Virus record (IMG/VR): IMGVR_UViG_3300027852_000018
Coordinates: 1 to 42,508 of that record
DNA length: 42,508 nucleotides
Strand: one strand, 5' to 3'
Source: a virus
In this document: positions 38,660 to 42,508 of the stretch, piece by piece
Layout of the letters: every line of letters starts with the position of its first letter
Numbering within the stretch: the first letter of the stretch is position 1
Made by a program: the position numbers and the translations under genes
Notes under the pieces: model-generated
What the model saw: only the letters and a program-made list of their open reading frames with translations
Told to the model about the DNA's origin: nothing
Database searches by the model: none

Positions 38660-39673
38660 TTATGCTACTAGTGATTCAGCGTTGGTTAATGCATCGTTTA
38701 TCCCAACAGGAATACCCAAAAACATTAATCGATGGATTGAGCGTCCGAACTGATCTAAACCAGGCTCGATTGTTACCGCACTTGTAGACTTCTCAAGGGC
38801 TGCAACACGCAATAAAGAAGCGGCTGTTCTATTCATAAAGAACATTGGCTTCACGCCTTCAGGATCAGGTAGCCGATCAATTGCACGAGACATTAGCTTG
38901 GGCAAGAAAGTTGCTGCTGTGGTCGCCTGAGTTCCAGACAATGCAGCAAGGTCTGATATATCAAGGTTTGGAATACGAACGCCGTACCTCCAATCCTTAA
39001 CAACAAGACCAACTTTCCATTCAAAATAATCCATATAAGCGCGGAATCGGTTGTTAGACGCATCGAAAGCATCACCAAGACCGAGATTTTCATGTTTCAA
39101 CCCAGCTTGCGAGCCTTTAGGGAAAATGCCATAAATCTCATTTTCACCCATGCCAACTAACCATACGGAAGTATTATCACTTCCAGAACCGCCGCCTAAC
39201 AGTATATTCTCACCGTTGGCATCTGCTGTGGCCGTATACCGATTTGAAAGACCAACGAATTCTTCAGGGTTTGAAGCTGCACCATAAAACATAGTGCTGG
39301 CCACTTCTTGACCTAAAGATTCGATAAATGGACGCGACTCATTAAGTCTGTATTCGGCTGTATTGCCGTTCAGATCTACGATAGACGCATCAATTTCTGA
39401 TCTTGCTGTAGCCATCCCGCATTGCTCATCAACTTGCGCTGAAGTCGCTTTGCTAACAGGTACGCCAGCGTTAACCATACGCCAGTAAGTGATAGGTAAG
39501 CCTGTTCTGATAGATACACGATCACCAGTAGGGAGATTACCTGCTTTAAACATCATTGAATCAATAATGCGGTTCTTCTGACTTAATATCTCTGCAACGG
39601 CAGAAACAGACCCGTCAGGGTCAACCTCTTTACCCCAGTCAGCCAGGGTTTTTAATGTTCCAATAGTAGCCAT
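38660..39673 (-). CDS. Major capsid protein (HK97-fold expected, 337 aa)
   Basis: Position after the scaffold gene, size, and a strong GAGG SD. Confidence 0.75.
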   Translation of the reverse strand: MATIGTLKTLADWGKEVDPDGSVSAVAEILSQKNRIIDSMMFKAGNLPTGDRVSIRTGLPITYWRMVNAGVPVSKATSAQVDEQCGMATARSEIDASIVDLNGNTAEYRLNESRPFIESLGQEVASTMFYGAASNPEEFVGLSNRYTATADANGENILLGGGSGSDNTSVWLVGMGENEIYGIFPKGSQAGLKHENLGLGDAFDASNNRFRAYMDYFEWKVGLVVKDWRYGVRIPNLDISDLAALSGTQATTAATFLPKLMSRAIDRLPDPEGVKPMFFMNRTAASLLRVAALEKSTSAVTIEPGLDQFGRSIHRLMFLGIPVGINDALTNAESLVA

Positions 39674-39681
39674 TTTTTACC

Positions 39682-40434
39682 TCATTGTTTGTACATTCTC
39701 TGGGCTAATGTTTTAGCTTCAGATTTTGGGGCAGACTTTGGTTTGATGGTTTTAGGGATTGATACAACTTTCTTGGATTTGCTAGGATTATCTTTTAGCA
39801 GCTTTTCGTATTTCGCTGCTTTAAGAATCGCCTCCATAACACCAGCACTTTTTACACTTGAAAACTCTGCCGGGGTCATGTTGGAATCTTTCACATATCC
39901 ATCAATCGCCTCTAAATCAGCTTTACGCTTGTCATCGTCACCTGTCCACTTTAAGTTGTCTGATAACGCTTTGTAGTTGTCTGCTAAAGCCGCATCTGAC
40001 AAGGTTTTGAATTGGTCTTTAAGCTTGGATAAAGCGCCCTGTTTGGACTCTCTCTGCTCTTTGACTTTCAAATACTCTGACACATCGGTTTCACGCAAAT
40101 CATCTAAATCTACGCCATCGTTACTGCTGATAAGCTTTTCAATTTCAGATTCAATACCAGAAAGCGTTTCAAGGGTTTTATCAATCCTATCCCTCTCTGC
40201 TGCGCTTGCCTTTCTATCTTCTGAGACTTCCTGCTTACCTTTGGTATAATCGGCCTGCATCATGTGCCCGCTTTTCCATTCCTGGATAGTGCCTAAACTT
40301 ACTTCTTCACCATCAATGTCATAAAAAAGCTCTTCCTCTGCGGTTTCTTCTTCCTCGGCTACCTCGGTTGTTCCAGTGGAGTCCTCGGTTTCTTCGTTGA
40401 GTTCCTCTTCAGGATTGTTCAACTCTTCAATCAT
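39682..40434 (-). CDS. Scaffolding protein
   Basis: Acidic N-terminus, helical Glu/Lys-rich body and basic C-terminus. Lies between the portal and capsid genes. Confidence 0.7.
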   Translation of the reverse strand: MIEELNNPEEELNEETEDSTGTTEVAEEEETAEEELFYDIDGEEVSLGTIQEWKSGHMMQADYTKGKQEVSEDRKASAAERDRIDKTLETLSGIESEIEKLISSNDGVDLDDLRETDVSEYLKVKEQRESKQGALSKLKDQFKTLSDAALADNYKALSDNLKWTGDDDKRKADLEAIDGYVKDSNMTPAEFSSVKSAGVMEAILKAAKYEKLLKDNPSKSKKVVSIPKTIKPKSAPKSEAKTLAQRMYKQ

Positions 40435-40726
40435 TTTCTTTCCCCGTTATTGCGTTTATTAGTCTTGTTAACATGCTCTGCGCTTGCCTTCCATCTCTTG
40501 CAATTCTTTCCATCCTATTATGAACCCAGTCCAATGATTGCATTTTTCGCCATATCTCATCACGCTCATTGCTTTGCTGGTATTTTGTCTTTGTGAATTC
40601 TGCAAATAGCTCTTTCTTCATTGCTTTAACACTAGAAACATATTGCTTGTTATTAAGAAAATCAGTAGCTTCTATGCCGCTGCTGATCTGCTCCCTGAAC
40701 TTTGCCTCTCTTTGCTCATCATTCAA
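40427..40726 (-). CDS. Hypothetical head-module protein (99 aa)
   Basis: Overlaps both the portal end and the scaffold start. Confidence 0.55.
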   Translation of the reverse strand: MNDEQREAKFREQISSGIEATDFLNNKQYVSSVKAMKKELFAEFTKTKYQQSNERDEIWRKMQSLDWVHNRMERIARDGRQAQSMLTRLINAITGKEND

Positions 40727-42508
40727 TGCCCTGCCCCTTTATATCTTGGCTGTATTTTAATTCCATCTCTGTGTACTTGGCTTGCAATTCATCAAATTGA
40801 GCTTGAACCTTGGCTGTTAATTCCGCGTTAAACTGTCTGTGCTCTTCCTCAAGCTTGGCAATGTTTAAGTCCTGTGTAGCCCTGGCCTTCATTAAATCAG
40901 CCTGTGCTTTGACCTCTTCAGCCTCCGCTAATGGATTACCCAATGATTCAATGTGCTGCTTCATTAACTGAGCCACTTGTGTTAATTGCTCATTCTCAGC
41001 CTGTAGAACCTCATCAGGCTTGGTTGGGTCGTTAAAGTACATTGCTGTATCATTTTTACCCATCAACTTAGTAATGTCTGTTAATGTATTATAAACCTTT
41101 GAGTAATCAGAAATAGTGGATTGCTGATTTATAAAGCGTAGTTGTGTCTCCAGTAATATACCGAGGTTGGCTATCGCTTCTTCACTCTCGCCTAGTGCTA
41201 ATCCTACTTCAGCCAGTGCGTAGTGCTCGTGCTGCCAATTTTGTGGGTCTACAATTAATGGCTTTCCTAATACCTGTATTTCTCTTTTCTCATTTTGAAA
41301 ATGCTGCGCTAACCATATAACACCCTCGAATAACTCCCTAAACCCTGTCTCAGCATATACCCTAGAAACAAGCTTGATCTTAGCCTTGCCGGCTTTATCT
41401 ACACCCTCGAACCTGGTTGCTGTTTCTTCTCCAAAATCATCGGCTGATAATCCCTGTGTGGCTAATAACTGACCTACTGATTGCGCTTTTTCACTGTCGA
41501 TGTACTGAACAACCTGCAAAGCAGAATCACCAATATAAGGCGTTAACAATGGCATTATCTTGTCGTGTGGTGTGCCATCAACACGCACAACACCGCCGAT
41601 CTTATGTCCTAAATAATCATCAAGGTCTACACTACCGCCATCCATTGAGCCGTCTGAGTCGTCAACAGCTACGCGAGGCCGATTAACCTCGTATATATTA
41701 TCCATTATTCCGCGTTTAATAGAGGTCTTTTCTTTTTGGTACTCTGCTGTGGTCTCACCTCTGGATTTACCGATAACCGTATGCGGCATTAATATCTGAC
41801 TTAATATTGCATATGGGGCATGATCAAACGGTTCGTTTTGTAATATTACATCGCCTGCACGGATAATAGATCTGCGCTCCAGTGCCCCGTCATTATCCAT
41901 ATCTATCATTGAGAATAAATGCTGAATCTCAACCTCTTCACTTTGCCATTGTACACCTGTTTTTAAATCATACCCGCCGTCTTGATCTTGTAAGCGTTTG
42001 TGTTTTAAGGTTTTGTTGTGCTCACTCTGCATTGGGGCAAGCTTTTTAATTATTTCCTCATCGAAACCCTGGGCGATTAAATCACTCTTCATCATTATGG
42101 TTTCGTCGCCAATTACTTCAGCATCTTCCTTGCACTCTGCGCCCTTTGATATAATAAAGTTCTCTACAGGGACATTTATAATGCTTATCTTTTGCTGTTT
42201 ATATATAACTTTAAACTTGACGTTGGTTTCTTCATCTTCTGATTCTTGTTCTAACTCATCAACCCGGATAACATTCTTACCCTTTTTCAATGAGTCCAGA
42301 ATTGATGCATACTCATCGTCACTAATGTTTTCATACCGTACATATTTCGATACTTCGATATCTTCCATGAAATACTTGACTACTGATATCTTTGAAAATC
42401 CTGGCTCTTTCATCCAGCCGTGCAGGGTTCTGAATGATTCCTTTTGATTTCTGATTATATGATTGGCGTAGCGTGTTTTTTGTTCAGCCTCTTCAATATC
42501 GTTCTTAC
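40719..42508 (-). CDS. Portal protein, main part (open to the window edge; true start at 371 after circularisation)
   Basis: A 564-aa ORF plus an open frame upstream to 42508. Size (677 aa in total) and its position after terL. Confidence 0.85.
   Translation of the reverse strand, partial: KNDIEEAEQKTRYANHIIRNQKESFRTLHGWMKEPGFSKISVVKYFMEDIEVSKYVRYENISDDEYASILDSLKKGKNVIRVDELEQESEDEETNVKFKVIYKQQKISIINVPVENFIISKGAECKEDAEVIGDETIMMKSDLIAQGFDEEIIKKLAPMQSEHNKTLKHKRLQDQDGGYDLKTGVQWQSEEVEIQHLFSMIDMDNDGALERRSIIRAGDVILQNEPFDHAPYAILSQILMPHTVIGKSRGETTAEYQKEKTSIKRGIMDNIYEVNRPRVAVDDSDGSMDGGSVDLDDYLGHKIGGVVRVDGTPHDKIMPLLTPYIGDSALQVVQYIDSEKAQSVGQLLATQGLSADDFGEETATRFEGVDKAGKAKIKLVSRVYAETGFRELFEGVIWLAQHFQNEKREIQVLGKPLIVDPQNWQHEHYALAEVGLALGESEEAIANLGILLETQLRFINQQSTISDYSKVYNTLTDITKLMGKNDTAMYFNDPTKPDEVLQAENEQLTQVAQLMKQHIESLGNPLAEAEEVKAQADLMKARATQDLNIAKLEEEHRQFNAELTAKVQAQFDELQAKYTEMELKYSQDIKGQGIE
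42382..42508. repeat. Terminal direct repeat, copy 2 (identical to 1..127)
   Basis: Direct reading. Confidence 0.95.

Overview
The window is a complete, circularly closed dsDNA phage genome. Its unique length is 42,381 bp: bases 1-127 are identical to 42382-42508, and the linearisation point cuts the portal gene.

Nearly all genes are on the minus strand, in this order of transcription:
- A lambdoid-style early, replication and recombination region (23355 down to 8689). It holds a minimal KxDG ligase-like enzyme, Zn-ribbon proteins, an HNH-AP2 homing endonuclease, an O-like initiator with internal iterons, a P-like protein, an AlpA-type HTH, Bet plus a YqaJ exonuclease fusion, YbcO/DUF1364, DUF3850, NinB, an XRE HTH and a PD-(D/E)xK nuclease.
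- A non-canonical lysis cassette (8587 down to 6858).
- A 4.6-kb accessory block of beta-helix, He_PIG Ig-like and jelly-roll proteins (6822 down to 2198).
- A P22-like morphogenesis operon that runs across the contig junction (2138 down to 1, then 42381 down to 26405). It encodes terS, terL, portal, scaffold, capsid, a Bbp16-like cement protein, adaptor, a gp10-like hub, ejection-type proteins and two receptor-binding proteins with a shared N-terminal anchor.

A short rightward operon (23497..26408, plus strand) starts at a divergent consensus promoter pair with a Cro/YdaS-like regulator. It encodes small membrane proteins and ends in a LamG-like protein whose stop codon overlaps the tailspike stop.

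I found no integrase, CI-type repressor, rRNA, canonical tRNA, CRISPR array, reverse transcriptase or transposase.

The most unusual content is non-coding. Three plus-strand units each follow a TGnTATAAT-type extended -10:
- a promoter-to-terminator small-RNA unit antisense to the leftward operon (18970..19143);
- an 87-nt tRNA-like element with acceptor stem, T-arm and encoded CCA but no D-arm (24419..24505);
- a ~235-nt structured leader closed by a 23-bp long-range helix in front of the LamG-like gene (25469..25703).

Functional calls rest on remembered motifs and synteny only. No searches were run.
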